From Escherichia phage 348Ecol098PP, in the sequence record OR062947.1: a stretch of DNA of 64,000 bases; one strand, 5' to 3'. Positions 36,298-45,757 of the stretch are shown here, piece after piece. How positions within the stretch are numbered: the first letter of the stretch is position 1; each line of letters starts with the position of its first letter. Made by a program: the position numbers and the translations under genes. A model generated the notes under the pieces. It made no database searches, was not told the DNA's origin, and saw only the letters and a program-made list of their open reading frames with translations.

Positions 36298-36525
36298 ATG
36301 TTAAATCGTTGGATTAAACCTAATAACACATTAGGTGCTTTGATTGCTCAAGAAGTTTCGTTGAAATACGGTCTTGGATATTACGATGATGTAGTCGTAC
36401 ACTCATTCATGATGGATGGTGAAGACGTCAAATTTAATGCCGAAATCCGTTGGGATGATGGTGGTGTTCGTTTTGTTCGAGGAACAATTAATGCTTACGA
36501 TGCTGAAGAAGTTGTTTGCTGTTAA
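36298..36525 (+). CDS. hypothetical protein
   Basis: ATG 36298 with AGAGGAGAA RBS. Confidence 0.6.
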   Translation: MLNRWIKPNNTLGALIAQEVSLKYGLGYYDDVVVHSFMMDGEDVKFNAEIRWDDGGVRFVRGTINAYDAEEVVCC

Positions 36526-36538
36526 ACCAGGCGAAGGT

Positions 36539-36727
36539 ATGATGCCTATTCCTGATACACACGAAAAAAGTTGGGAATACATTGGTGACGGCATGATGGA
36601 AGAAGTTATTCGTCCTAAGTCTGCTTCAAGCTCTTCCGATTATAATCATTCATACGTATCGTCTTGGCCTGGTGATTCTGGGTCAAGTTATTCTGATTGT
36701 GGTTCAAGCTCAGGGAGCTGCGAATGA
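36539..36727 (+). CDS. hypothetical protein with Ser/Gly/Asp-rich low-complexity C-terminus; start uncertain
   Basis: ORF-track frame 36416..36727; first plausible ATG 36539. Confidence 0.35.
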   Translation: MMPIPDTHEKSWEYIGDGMMEEVIRPKSASSSSDYNHSYVSSWPGDSGSSYSDCGSSSGSCE

Positions 36728-36903
36728 ACAGATTGGTAAGATGGTTTAAAAGCTGGGACGATGGTGTCGGTCCAGAAGATTGGCTGGATGTTCTTGAAGA
36801 GAATATGGCTAAAGAATTCCAGAAACATGAAGAAAAGCTCGTCGAAGATGAAGGCGAACGTATTGTAAAACTTTATATGGGTGAACCATCGAGGAAATTA
36901 TAA
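36724..36903 (+). CDS. hypothetical protein
   Basis: ATGA overlap; ORF-track frame. Confidence 0.45.
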   Translation: MNRLVRWFKSWDDGVGPEDWLDVLEENMAKEFQKHEEKLVEDEGERIVKLYMGEPSRKL

Positions 36904-37367
36904 TGGATGCTATGTTATTTAAAATGTATTTGCTTGAAGCCAAGTCGTTTAAACATATACCAGTAGAAGATAAGACTCCACTAGAAATAGCTATTCTCAT
37001 TAACAAAAGTCTAAATAATCCGCAATATATCGTAGAAGAATTCTGCAAATTGCAGATTCCTAAAGGTTACAAAATTCGTGTAGAGCGAGTTGGAGCTATT
37101 ACTCGTTCTAAAAATTCTCCGTTTAGTCTTGAAGAAGGCATAAAGGACTTAGGTTATGAATCTACGGAAAATGCAGTTTATGTGAATCCTGAAAAGCGTT
37201 TAGACTTGTTTGAAAAGCGAGACCATAAGTATTTTGCCAAAAAATACTTTATTACGTCATTAGCAGATTTAATCCATTTGCAACGAGCTATTTGGAAATT
37301 TTTTAAGACAAAAGGTGTAGCGCTAGAAACATTCTCCGAGCAGCCTAGTTTTTATTTAGGTGAATAA
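36903..37367 (+). CDS. hypothetical protein
   Basis: ORF track; GAGGAAA RBS. Confidence 0.65.
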   Translation: MDAMLFKMYLLEAKSFKHIPVEDKTPLEIAILINKSLNNPQYIVEEFCKLQIPKGYKIRVERVGAITRSKNSPFSLEEGIKDLGYESTENAVYVNPEKRLDLFEKRDHKYFAKKYFITSLADLIHLQRAIWKFFKTKGVALETFSEQPSFYLGE

Positions 37368-37368
37368 T

Positions 37369-37548
37369 ATGGACATTATGAGTATGTTTGACGAGCCTGA
37401 AGTTGAGGCTCCTAAAGTGCATCGTAGTGAACTTGTTGATGAACTAGATAGTATTATACAACGGCATGGCTTTAGTTTACCTGTTGAAGCCCTGAAAGAC
37501 CTTGCCTCTTATTATGACGACCCTCCACCATGGAGTCCTTGGAAATGA
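37369..37548 (+). CDS. hypothetical acidic protein
   Basis: ATG 37369 in ORF-track frame. Confidence 0.5.
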   Translation: MDIMSMFDEPEVEAPKVHRSELVDELDSIIQRHGFSLPVEALKDLASYYDDPPPWSPWK

Positions 37549-37709
37549 AAGAGAAATTTAAAGAGAAATTCTTACTAGAAATCAAGGAAAAAGACTTTGA
37601 GACATGGTATCGAATGGTGAAAGGGTTGACATTGCTTTTTAAAGCATCGTTATTCATGTTAGAACAACCTGGCCCTGATGGACCTTTAGTAGGAAAGCTT
37701 AAAAAGTAG
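37545..37709 (+). CDS. hypothetical small protein (54 aa)
   Basis: manual translation; ATGA coupling. Confidence 0.4.
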   Translation: MKEKFKEKFLLEIKEKDFETWYRMVKGLTLLFKASLFMLEQPGPDGPLVGKLKK

Positions 37710-37737
37710 TTTACATTCCCTCCTCTCGTGTTATGAT
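37709..37737 (+). promoter_or_regulatory. early-type promoter
   Basis: GTTTAC-N17-TATGAT. Confidence 0.45.
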
Positions 37738-37764
37738 AGGCTTATCTTTAAATGGAGGTCTATC

Positions 37765-38346
37765 ATGACATGTCAATCTGAACTTCAAGAACGTGAATAC
37801 CTAACAAATCTGATTGATAGCAAATTCACCCGCCAAGAACAAAACATTCTCTGGGCTTGCACCGATTCTAAGGAAGACCCGGATTTCCACTATGAATTAG
37901 ACCATCTTGTTCGTAAGCATATGACTTCTACAGTACCAGTAGAACTCTACCGTGGTGTAACTCCAGAAGAAGTAGAACGTCTTTCCCTTCTTTCTGTTGG
38001 ATGTCATTGGTCTCCTGGACGAGTAACATCGTTCACAACTGATTTCAGTACAGCTCGTCAATTCTCTGGGAGATGGGAATATCAGACGTACACTATTCTT
38101 AGTCTCAGGAATGCTCCATTCATTTTTGATTACTACCAAAACATGGTTAACATTGTACTTGCCGGGAAGAACCCTAAGCATGTTATGGAAGAAAAGCGTG
38201 TTGACGTCCTAGATATGATTGAATCTGAACAAGAGTACATGGTCTCAGGTATCTCTAGATTTGAGATTGTGGAAATTGAAGACTTAGAATATGACCCTTT
38301 ATCTCGATTATACAAAATCATTCATTTGAAAATGTTGAATTTTTAG
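37765..38346 (+). CDS. ADP-ribosyltransferase, ModA/ModB family (paralog 1)
   Basis: R-S-E type motifs (ELYRG, TSFTTDF) and paralogy with adjacent ORF; synteny with T4 modA/modB next to dda. Confidence 0.6.
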   Translation: MTCQSELQEREYLTNLIDSKFTRQEQNILWACTDSKEDPDFHYELDHLVRKHMTSTVPVELYRGVTPEEVERLSLLSVGCHWSPGRVTSFTTDFSTARQFSGRWEYQTYTILSLRNAPFIFDYYQNMVNIVLAGKNPKHVMEEKRVDVLDMIESEQEYMVSGISRFEIVEIEDLEYDPLSRLYKIIHLKMLNF

Positions 38347-38374
38347 TGTACAAACTCTTCCGATGATGATACTA
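38345..38374 (+). promoter_or_regulatory. early-type promoter
   Basis: GTGTAC-N18-TACTAT. Confidence 0.4.
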
Positions 38375-38403
38375 TACCTTTATCAACCACAGGAGAAACC
38401 TAA

Positions 38404-39012
38404 ATGTTTATGCCGTATAACGAGTGTGAAATTGAAGAAATGGTTCGTCGTGCCCAAAACCCTGAATATCAAGATGTATTGCAGTACGAAATTGATAGTC
38501 AATTCAGCGACATTGAACAAAGCATCCTTTGGCAGTGTATGGAAAACAAGCCAGACTGTATTCAACAGGAGTTAAGTTCAATCGTTCGTAGAAATTGGAC
38601 GTCTTCTGTTCCTGAGACAATGTATCGTGGAATCTCTAAGAAAACTATGGCCACACTCGATGATAAAGGTATTGGTAGTATTATTAAATTTGACAGAGTA
38701 ATGAGCTTCAGCCCAGTGTTCGGTGTAGCACGTAACTTTGCTTCGTATAATTTTTACGGAACATTTAATATGTTCTGCATCAAAGATGCACCATTTGCTT
38801 TCAACTTCCGTGAACATATGCTTAATATGATTCTGGCTGCACCATCTTGTGAGTTCAATGGAGCTTTCCCTGAAGCGACAAGACGGTCTAATGCTAGACT
38901 TATATCTGACGAATGTGAATTTATGCTCCCTATAGGGACTACACTGCGTGTAGATTCTATTATTCAAGATGGACGTTATACAATCTGGAATCTGTCTATT
39001 GTCAGTTACTGA
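38404..39012 (+). CDS. ADP-ribosyltransferase, ModA/ModB family (paralog 2)
   Basis: ETMYRG, MSFSPVF motifs; paralog of 37765..38346. Confidence 0.6.
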   Translation: MFMPYNECEIEEMVRRAQNPEYQDVLQYEIDSQFSDIEQSILWQCMENKPDCIQQELSSIVRRNWTSSVPETMYRGISKKTMATLDDKGIGSIIKFDRVMSFSPVFGVARNFASYNFYGTFNMFCIKDAPFAFNFREHMLNMILAAPSCEFNGAFPEATRRSNARLISDECEFMLPIGTTLRVDSIIQDGRYTIWNLSIVSY

Positions 39013-39086
39013 CTGAATTGGAATAACCGGATGGAACTCAGAACCATTATAACACATAAAAAATTAAAGCATTTTATGAAAAAAGA

Positions 39087-39115
39087 GTGTACACTACCTG
39101 AGGGCATGATATTAT
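39087..39115 (+). promoter_or_regulatory. early-type promoter
   Basis: GTGTAC-N17-TATTAT. Confidence 0.4.
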
Positions 39116-39164
39116 AAGCTTATCAGCTAAATGACCTAACGTCCGTAAGACAGAGGAAAATATT

Positions 39165-39911
39165 ATGTTGTCAAATAATAAAATTAACAAAATCAATCGT
39201 CGTCTTGACCACACCAGAGCTTCTGCGAAGAGACGCTCTAAGGATTTTAACTTAGACTTTAATTACCTTAAAAACATTCTTGATCAAAAGGTCTGCGCTT
39301 ACTCAGGTGAATCTTTTAATAACTCTGTTGAAGGTGAGAAATTATCCTTAGAACGTTTTAATAATGATATCGGCTACATTAAAGGTAATGTTATCCCAGT
39401 TAAGAAAAAATATAACACGGCTCGTTCTGATTTAACATTAGAAGAACTTATTGAAAAACGTGATGCCATTGCAAGACGTATCGCTAATCCTTCTGCCCGT
39501 AAAGTAGAGAAACTTAATCTCGACGAGAAGAAATGGGCCCAAATTAAAAAGGTTTATGGTACTATTTTAAAAATCCGAGCAAAACGTGAAAATCGTGTTA
39601 AGCATATGGCGAACATGATGAAAAATCAACCTTTATCTAACGAATCTAAACTTAGAATTGTTGCTTTGAAAGCACGCATTAATGGCTCACATCAAGCAGA
39701 AGGCCATGAACTTACTAAACTCAACGTTCTTCTTAAAGGCTCTGACTGGAAAACTAAAACTAAATTAACTGACGCTGAATCGCTTTTCGATACATATGAT
39801 AAAGTTATCCAAGGTCTGCAACGTTTTGAAAAGATTGGTTTCATTGGTAAATTAAAATTGAAACGTGGCTTACCACTTAGCGCATCATTATTCCAACTGA
39901 TTAAAGGTTAA
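39165..39911 (+). CDS. hypothetical protein with HNH_3-like motif (LSLERFNNDIGYIKGNV); occupies T4 srd position
   Basis: ORF track; motif; synteny. Confidence 0.45.
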   Translation: MLSNNKINKINRRLDHTRASAKRRSKDFNLDFNYLKNILDQKVCAYSGESFNNSVEGEKLSLERFNNDIGYIKGNVIPVKKKYNTARSDLTLEELIEKRDAIARRIANPSARKVEKLNLDEKKWAQIKKVYGTILKIRAKRENRVKHMANMMKNQPLSNESKLRIVALKARINGSHQAEGHELTKLNVLLKGSDWKTKTKLTDAESLFDTYDKVIQGLQRFEKIGFIGKLKLKRGLPLSASLFQLIKG

Positions 39912-39913
39912 TT

Positions 39914-40225
39914 ATGGTTTATGTATATGCAATAGTTTATCGAGATATGGAAGGATTTACTGTCCCGGTTCCACTTGATGAGCATCGTCCTGCAGTATTT
40001 TTTAGAAAGGATATTGCAGATAAAGTTTTCGATACTTTGAAAACACAGTATAAAACAGATTTAAAAATGGGAGTTCTAAGAATGGTCGAAACTCCGCGTA
40101 AGTTCTGGTTTAATAAGCTTGAAATGAAACACGTTAAACTAGATGCGGAGACGCAAAGATTGTATCAACGAATCCTGGACACAGGCCGTATTGTTAGTAT
40201 TCCAATTGCAGGGACTTTACGATGA
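39914..40225 (+). CDS. hypothetical protein (dda.1 position)
   Basis: ORF track; ATGA coupling to dda. Confidence 0.6.
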   Translation: MVYVYAIVYRDMEGFTVPVPLDEHRPAVFFRKDIADKVFDTLKTQYKTDLKMGVLRMVETPRKFWFNKLEMKHVKLDAETQRLYQRILDTGRIVSIPIAGTLR

Positions 40226-41535
40226 CATTTGATGATTTGACTGAAGGCCAGAAAAACGCCTTCAACGTTGTTATGAACGCTATTAAAGAAAAGAAACATC
40301 ACGTAACTATTAATGGGCCTGCTGGTACAGGTAAAACAACCCTTACTAGATTCATCGTTGAAGCCCTTATTTCTTCTGGAGAATCAGGTATTATTTTAGC
40401 AGCCCCTACACACGCCGCTAAAAAGGTTCTAAGCAAACTTGCGGGTCAAGAAGCATCGACTATTCATAGCATTCTTAAAATCAACCCAACTACATACGAA
40501 GAAAACGTATTGTTTGAACAGAAAAAGGTTCCCGACTTAGCCTTGTGCCGTGTACTGTTATTTGACGAAGCGTCAATGTGCGACCGTTCTCTGTTTAAAA
40601 TAATGTTAGCTAGTATCCCTAAATGGTGTACAGTAATTGGAATCGGCGACCGATGCCAGATTCGTCCGGTAGACCCAGGCGAATCAACTGCGTATCTAAG
40701 TCCTTTCTTCACTCACAAAGACTTCGTGCAATGCAATCTTACAGAAGTTAAACGTAGCAATGCACCAATTATTGATGTTGCGACTGATATTCGTAATGGC
40801 AAATGGATTTACGATAAAGTAGTTGATGGACACGGTGTTCACGGATATACAGACCTTAAATCGTATATGATGAACTATTTTAACGTCGTTAAAACTCCTG
40901 AAGACCTTTTCGAAAATCGAATGATGGCATTCACAAATAAGTCGGTGGACAAGTTAAATTCAATTATTCGCCGAAAACTTCTTGAAACAGAAAAACCATT
41001 TATTAAAGACGAAGTCATTGTTCTACAAGAGCCGTTTACTAAGACATATAAGCTAGATGGTAAAAATATGACCGAAATGCTTTTCAATAACGGCCAATTC
41101 GTTCGTATTCGAGATGCTGTAGAAACGTCTACATTCGTTAAAGCACGTGGTGTTTCAGGCGAATATATGATACGATACTGGAATCTTACAGTAGAAACAT
41201 ATGGGGATGATGAAGAATACATCCGCGAAGATATAAAGGTTATTTCTTCTGAAGAAGAGCTTTATAAATTCAATTTGTTTTTGGCTAAGACCGCAGAAAC
41301 ATACAAATTTTGGAATAAAGGTGGTAAAGCTCCATGGAGCGAATTCTGGGATGCTAAACGTATGTTCACTAAGGTGAAGGCGCTACCAGTATCAACCTTC
41401 CATAAGGCCCAGGGTATGTCTGTTGACACTGCCTTTGTTTATACACCGTGTATCCATTATGCCGATTCAGAATTAGCTAAACAGTTATTGTATGTCGGCA
41501 CAACTCGCGGTCGGTTTGACGTCCATTTTATTTGA
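40222..41535 (+). CDS. dda: DNA helicase Dda (SF1)
   Basis: 437 aa; Walker A GPAGTGKTT; synteny dda-dexA. Confidence 0.92.
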   Translation: MTFDDLTEGQKNAFNVVMNAIKEKKHHVTINGPAGTGKTTLTRFIVEALISSGESGIILAAPTHAAKKVLSKLAGQEASTIHSILKINPTTYEENVLFEQKKVPDLALCRVLLFDEASMCDRSLFKIMLASIPKWCTVIGIGDRCQIRPVDPGESTAYLSPFFTHKDFVQCNLTEVKRSNAPIIDVATDIRNGKWIYDKVVDGHGVHGYTDLKSYMMNYFNVVKTPEDLFENRMMAFTNKSVDKLNSIIRRKLLETEKPFIKDEVIVLQEPFTKTYKLDGKNMTEMLFNNGQFVRIRDAVETSTFVKARGVSGEYMIRYWNLTVETYGDDEEYIREDIKVISSEEELYKFNLFLAKTAETYKFWNKGGKAPWSEFWDAKRMFTKVKALPVSTFHKAQGMSVDTAFVYTPCIHYADSELAKQLLYVGTTRGRFDVHFI

Positions 41536-41544
41536 GAGAAAATT

Positions 41545-42222
41545 ATGAGCACTGATGTTATTATAGATTTTGAAACATTCGGCAATACATCAAAAGCGGC
41601 TGTTATTGACCTTGCGGTTATTGCATATAATTCCGACCCTGAAGTTGTTGAATCATTTGAAGAACTTGTTCAACGAGGTAAGCGAATTAAATTTAATTTA
41701 GCTTCTCAGAAAGGGAAGCGAGTTTTCGCTAAATCCACTATGAAATGGTGGAAAGAACAATCGGCTGACGCACGTAAAAACTTGACTCCGTCTGAAGACG
41801 ATGTCACTACGCTTGAAGGCATTAAAATCTTTTTAGACTATTGCCGAGCTAATAAAGTTGACCAATGGAAATCACAGATGTGGTGCCGTGGTATGAGCTT
41901 TGACTTCCCGATCTTAGTCGATTTGATTCGTGACCTTTATCGTGATGAAGGTGTTCTTGAACCAGATATTGATACTGATAAATTAGAACCGGTTAAATTC
42001 TGGGCTCAACGAGATATTCGTACTGCAATCGAAGCTTACTCGTTGACACGAGGATTAAGTATGTGTCCATTACCGATGGGTACGCTAAAAGGATTCGTTG
42101 CCCATGATAGTATTCATGATTGTGCTAAAGATATTTTGATGTTAAAATATGCTCAGCGTTATGCGCTTGGCCTTGAAGATGTCCCTGAGAATCCTGACCC
42201 GTTAAGTGTAAAACAGCGATAA
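41545..42222 (+). CDS. dexA: exonuclease A DexA (DEDD 3'-5' exonuclease)
   Basis: 225 aa; N-terminal IIDFETFG exo motif. Confidence 0.85.
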   Translation: MSTDVIIDFETFGNTSKAAVIDLAVIAYNSDPEVVESFEELVQRGKRIKFNLASQKGKRVFAKSTMKWWKEQSADARKNLTPSEDDVTTLEGIKIFLDYCRANKVDQWKSQMWCRGMSFDFPILVDLIRDLYRDEGVLEPDIDTDKLEPVKFWAQRDIRTAIEAYSLTRGLSMCPLPMGTLKGFVAHDSIHDCAKDILMLKYAQRYALGLEDVPENPDPLSVKQR

Positions 42223-42227
42223 AACCA

Positions 42228-42257
42228 GTTTACAACCAAGGATGGTTGGAGTATAAT
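42228..42257 (+). promoter_or_regulatory. early promoter, exact copy of the element at 387-416
   Basis: GTTTACAACCAAGGATGGTTGGAGTATAAT identical at both sites. Confidence 0.55.
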
Positions 42258-42288
42258 CTTTCTATCTTAACCAAACAGGAAAAACATT

Positions 42289-42783
42289 ATGAATATCAAT
42301 ACTATGGCTACTTACATCCTGAAAGACGAAAAACAAATCAACTGGTACGGTGCTTCAGTGCGAGCTTATGAAAAGTTTTGTGAAATTTTAGGTGCCACTC
42401 AAGGTAATAGTTTCACTATTGTTAACTTCATCAAACAAGTTGAAGGCCCTTGGTTATTCTTAGAAATTAAAAATTCATACGGTACAATTTCTACTACTGC
42501 CATTCCAAGCACCGACTTTGAACTGTTGATTGAAGAAGCACCTGTTAAAGATGGTCTCCACTTTGATATGGATATCGTTTGTATGTACGGTACTCTGATT
42601 AAGCCTATTGAGCCTACTGATTTGTTGTGTAAATATGTTTCAATTCGACGCCCATTCGATGGTCCGGTAAATGGATGGGTAACTGACCAGTGGATTGAAG
42701 ATGGGGTTGAACTTCTGAACGTTGTTCATGCCGGTGATTTTAGTGTGGTTCCACGTAGTGCAGTAGTTAATATTCTAAATTAA
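42289..42783 (+). CDS. hypothetical protein, member 1 of a three-gene tandem paralog family
   Basis: shared C-terminal motif GW/F-x-x-DQW-I/V-EDG-x-x-L-x-N-V/I-V. Confidence 0.7.
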   Translation: MNINTMATYILKDEKQINWYGASVRAYEKFCEILGATQGNSFTIVNFIKQVEGPWLFLEIKNSYGTISTTAIPSTDFELLIEEAPVKDGLHFDMDIVCMYGTLIKPIEPTDLLCKYVSIRRPFDGPVNGWVTDQWIEDGVELLNVVHAGDFSVVPRSAVVNILN

Positions 42784-42784
42784 T

Positions 42785-42815
42785 GTTGTACATCCAAGGA
42801 TGGATGGAGTATAAT
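42785..42815 (+). promoter_or_regulatory. early-type promoter, diverged copy of 42228-42257
   Basis: GTTGTACATCCAAGGATGGATGGAGTATAAT. Confidence 0.45.
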
Positions 42816-42845
42816 GAATTCAACTTAAACAAAGAGAGAAAAAAT

Positions 42846-43376
42846 ATGATTACTATTGGTGAAATCCTTCGTGTATCTCCTGCTTCTCGTTCTAAAGCTG
42901 CAGGTCGTCTGGTTGAAGTAGCAGGGCTTCGTACTAACGGCATGGGACGTGTTAAAGAAGTTAAAGTTCGAATCATCCCCAGTTTTGGCGGACAAGATGC
43001 CCAGTATGCTTACGTAAGTCCTAAATTCCTGGAAAAACATATACGAGTCCAATTTGCTTCAAGCGAAGAAGTTGCACCTGCACACTTTGCTTCTGTTGAA
43101 GAAGTTGAATCACGTGATGGATACGTATGTGAATCCACTGAGCCTAATGTACAGTTCAAATGGGCCCTTTGCAAAGGCGTTGAATTTATAACCGATAAAG
43201 AATTTGATTACATCGACGAATACGGTTATCCAAGCAAAACTGATACTATGTGCGGCTTCATCAGCGACCAATGGGTTGAAGATGGTAAAAAGCTATACAA
43301 TATTGTATTCTTAGGTGACTTCCGAGTTGTTGAAGAATCTGAAATCACTCGCTATGTGTCTCCACGTAAAGCTTAA
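42846..43376 (+). CDS. hypothetical protein, paralog family member 2
   Basis: ATG 42846 with AGAGAGAAAAAA RBS; C-terminal GFISDQWVEDGKKLYNIVF motif. Confidence 0.7.
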   Translation: MITIGEILRVSPASRSKAAGRLVEVAGLRTNGMGRVKEVKVRIIPSFGGQDAQYAYVSPKFLEKHIRVQFASSEEVAPAHFASVEEVESRDGYVCESTEPNVQFKWALCKGVEFITDKEFDYIDEYGYPSKTDTMCGFISDQWVEDGKKLYNIVFLGDFRVVEESEITRYVSPRKA

Positions 43377-43385
43377 GGAATTATT

Positions 43386-43805
43386 ATGAATATTGCAAAT
43401 CTCTCTATTGGTGATTATGTACACGTATCGGATGCTTCTCGCTCTAAAGTTGCTGGTAAGTTGGTCGAAGTTCTTTCTGTGAGTGATCCGGTTTTTGGAC
43501 GTAACGAAGTTAAAGTTAGTGACGCCGATGGTAACATTGGTTACGTTAAAAGCCAGTTCATCGAGCCAGAAGAACGCGCGTTCAAATGGAAACTGGGCAG
43601 ATCAGTTTTAGTTGTAAAAGACTACGAGTTCACCATTGCCGCTGCGACAGATGGAACACCGTGGACAACGAATCAAGTTGCTGGTTTTATTTCGGACCAA
43701 TGGGTAGAAGATGGTGTTAAGCTTTATAACATCGTTTTCGCTGGACAGTTCATGGTAGTTCCTGAGTTCCAAATCAAAAAATATTGTCCAGCATCTTTTG
43801 CATAA
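43386..43805 (+). CDS. hypothetical protein, paralog family member 3
   Basis: N-terminal SDASRSKVAGKLVEV and C-terminal GFISDQWVEDGVKLYNIVF shared with member 2. Confidence 0.7.
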   Translation: MNIANLSIGDYVHVSDASRSKVAGKLVEVLSVSDPVFGRNEVKVSDADGNIGYVKSQFIEPEERAFKWKLGRSVLVVKDYEFTIAAATDGTPWTTNQVAGFISDQWVEDGVKLYNIVFAGQFMVVPEFQIKKYCPASFA

Positions 43806-43809
43806 AGTT

Positions 43810-43838
43810 GTTTACTTCTCCTCTGGATTTGGTATTAT
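43810..43838 (+). promoter_or_regulatory. early-type promoter
   Basis: GTTTAC-N17-TATTAT. Confidence 0.45.
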
Positions 43839-43864
43839 ATCCATATCAACCAGAGGAGAATAAT

Positions 43865-44389
43865 ATGTTAGTTTACCGCGTAGAACGTAGTTTTTGTACT
43901 CAACGTGAATCATTACCAGGAATTGCTATCAAAGACGGTAAAGCCGTCAGAATTTGGGAAACCTCTTGGAATAAAGAACCTCGTTCGCCATACGGTTGGT
44001 CGGGCACCGACAACTCTGAAGAAACATGGGAGTTCCTTGATAAGCATGGAATACTCTCAGGTAACTTCTACCATCATGGCGACAACTATAATGTCCCTAA
44101 TCGTCCTACAGTAAATGAAGACAAACTCCTTGAACAAAATATCTTAAGATACTATAGAATTGATCACTCATTTGAATTGAGTGAAGATTGGGCCCAAGGG
44201 TTCTATTTTGGATTTGAAAGTGTTGACGCGGTTTATGCATGGTTTGATGACCAGGTGGATGTTGAACTCTTGAAAGCTAAAGGATACTACATCGCGGTCT
44301 ATGAAGCGCCTGATTTCATCCTCGGAAGTTGTCAATTAATGTTCAGACGTTCATTGGCAGAACAAGTTGATTTTATTTTGCTAAAATGA
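43865..44389 (+). CDS. hypothetical protein
   Basis: ATG 43865 with AGAGGAGAA RBS. Confidence 0.65.
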   Translation: MLVYRVERSFCTQRESLPGIAIKDGKAVRIWETSWNKEPRSPYGWSGTDNSEETWEFLDKHGILSGNFYHHGDNYNVPNRPTVNEDKLLEQNILRYYRIDHSFELSEDWAQGFYFGFESVDAVYAWFDDQVDVELLKAKGYYIAVYEAPDFILGSCQLMFRRSLAEQVDFILLK

Positions 44390-44446
44390 TGTACAACAAC
44401 TATGGTCTATGATACTATAGACCTATCAAAACAAGAGGAGAATATT

Positions 44447-44674
44447 ATGAAACGTCAAATCATTAAAAACGTAACTACTGATTCAAACATCGATGAGTTT
44501 GAAGATGTTCTGTTTAATCCTGATTTAGTTGTTGTACAGAAAAACTGGACTGAATTTTTATGCTACACTGAAGTGGTTTACGTTTACGAAAAACTAGGCG
44601 ATGAAATGCCTATCTATGGTATCTTCCGTGAAATCACTGAAAATGGTACAACTTATTGGAAGGAAACTTACTAA
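44447..44674 (+). CDS. hypothetical protein
   Basis: ATG 44447 with AGAGGAGAA RBS. Confidence 0.6.
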   Translation: MKRQIIKNVTTDSNIDEFEDVLFNPDLVVVQKNWTEFLCYTEVVYVYEKLGDEMPIYGIFREITENGTTYWKETY

Positions 44675-45087
44675 TGGCTAATAAATTCCGCGTTAACTCA
44701 TGGTACCAATTTATAGATAAACGTGCCCAAGAAGAGTTTATTAAAGACCACACTGATAATGGGATTTATGCACGACGTCTTGGCATGGAACCATTTAAAG
44801 TATTAGATGTTGACCATCTCGGACGTCCTACTAAAATTTTAACATCTACTGGCACGGTTGGATACGCAACAGGCGGTGATATCCTTGATGAAAACTTTAT
44901 CTGGCTCTCCACGAATGAAGCAGAGTTCTTTGACGAAGTTGAAAATCCATATCAAGCGTCCGAAGAGCAAGATTCTAGTGAACTTGACGAATTGTCTGAA
45001 TTTCCGGTGATGACGATTACTATCGAAAATAACGACCAGGCATGGTCTTTGTATCAAATGTTGAAAGCCCACTTTAAGGAACAATAA
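44674..45087 (+). CDS. hypothetical acidic protein
   Basis: TAATG coupling; ORF-track frame. Confidence 0.6.
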   Translation: MANKFRVNSWYQFIDKRAQEEFIKDHTDNGIYARRLGMEPFKVLDVDHLGRPTKILTSTGTVGYATGGDILDENFIWLSTNEAEFFDEVENPYQASEEQDSSELDELSEFPVMTITIENNDQAWSLYQMLKAHFKEQ

Positions 45088-45266
45088 TGCCGTTATACGA
45101 CTATAAATGTCAATCTGAAGATTGTGGTCATGAATATGAAAAAATTAAAAGGATTTCTGAACGAGAAAACGATGTTTGCCCTGAATGTCATCGTCTGTCT
45201 ACTCGTCGGGTTTCTGCTCCTAAACATGTGAACGGTGGTTTTTACGACTTACTTAAGAAGGGTTAA
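45087..45266 (+). CDS. zinc-ribbon protein, FmdB-like (59 aa)
   Basis: [18 protein letters not shown]...CPECH pattern; manual translation. Confidence 0.55.
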   Translation: MPLYDYKCQSEDCGHEYEKIKRISERENDVCPECHRLSTRRVSAPKHVNGGFYDLLKKG

Positions 45267-45268
45267 TT

Positions 45269-45694
45269 ATGGCTTTTAAAGGTTTTGAAGTTGGTAAGAA
45301 ATATCGTATTATCAAAGGACAGGAAGATAATTTCTTGAGAATTCTTAATACGACTGGTAAGCGTCTTAATACTAATCTGCATACTACTTTATTGTCCAAA
45401 GATTTTATTGTGGAAGAGATGATTGGTTACGGCGTTTCGGTTATTGCTGTAGAAGCCGTAGGCGATTATGGCCGAACTATTCATAGTATGCAAGGTGATA
45501 TTCTGCTTTATGGTGCAGAATTTAAATTCTTTGAAGAAGTTCCGGAACCAGATACAGCTGTCGATTTCAAAAAAGGCTCTATAGAATTTGTTGATGGTTC
45601 GGTGATCGTATCAGGCGATGTGGTCATTACAGTTAAAAGTGAACAAGGGCGTTTAGCTGCAATTGATGCACTTCAGAAAATTAAATTTAAATAA
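45269..45694 (+). CDS. hypothetical protein
   Basis: ORF track; terminator immediately downstream. Confidence 0.65.
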   Translation: MAFKGFEVGKKYRIIKGQEDNFLRILNTTGKRLNTNLHTTLLSKDFIVEEMIGYGVSVIAVEAVGDYGRTIHSMQGDILLYGAEFKFFEEVPEPDTAVDFKKGSIEFVDGSVIVSGDVVITVKSEQGRLAAIDALQKIKFK

Positions 45695-45711
45695 GGGCTT
45701 CGGCCCTTTTT
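45695..45711 (+). terminator. rho-independent terminator (UUCG hairpin + T5)
   Basis: GGGC-TTCG-GCCC-TTTTT. Confidence 0.6.
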
Positions 45712-45735
45712 GCTTTAGATTTCGGATGATAGAAT
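45711..45735 (+). promoter_or_regulatory. middle (MotA-dependent) promoter candidate upstream of gene 39
   Basis: TGCTTTA, 12-nt spacer, TAGAAT; same architecture as 11230-11253. Confidence 0.5.
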
Positions 45736-45757
45736 ACCTTCATAACGAGGAGACAAC

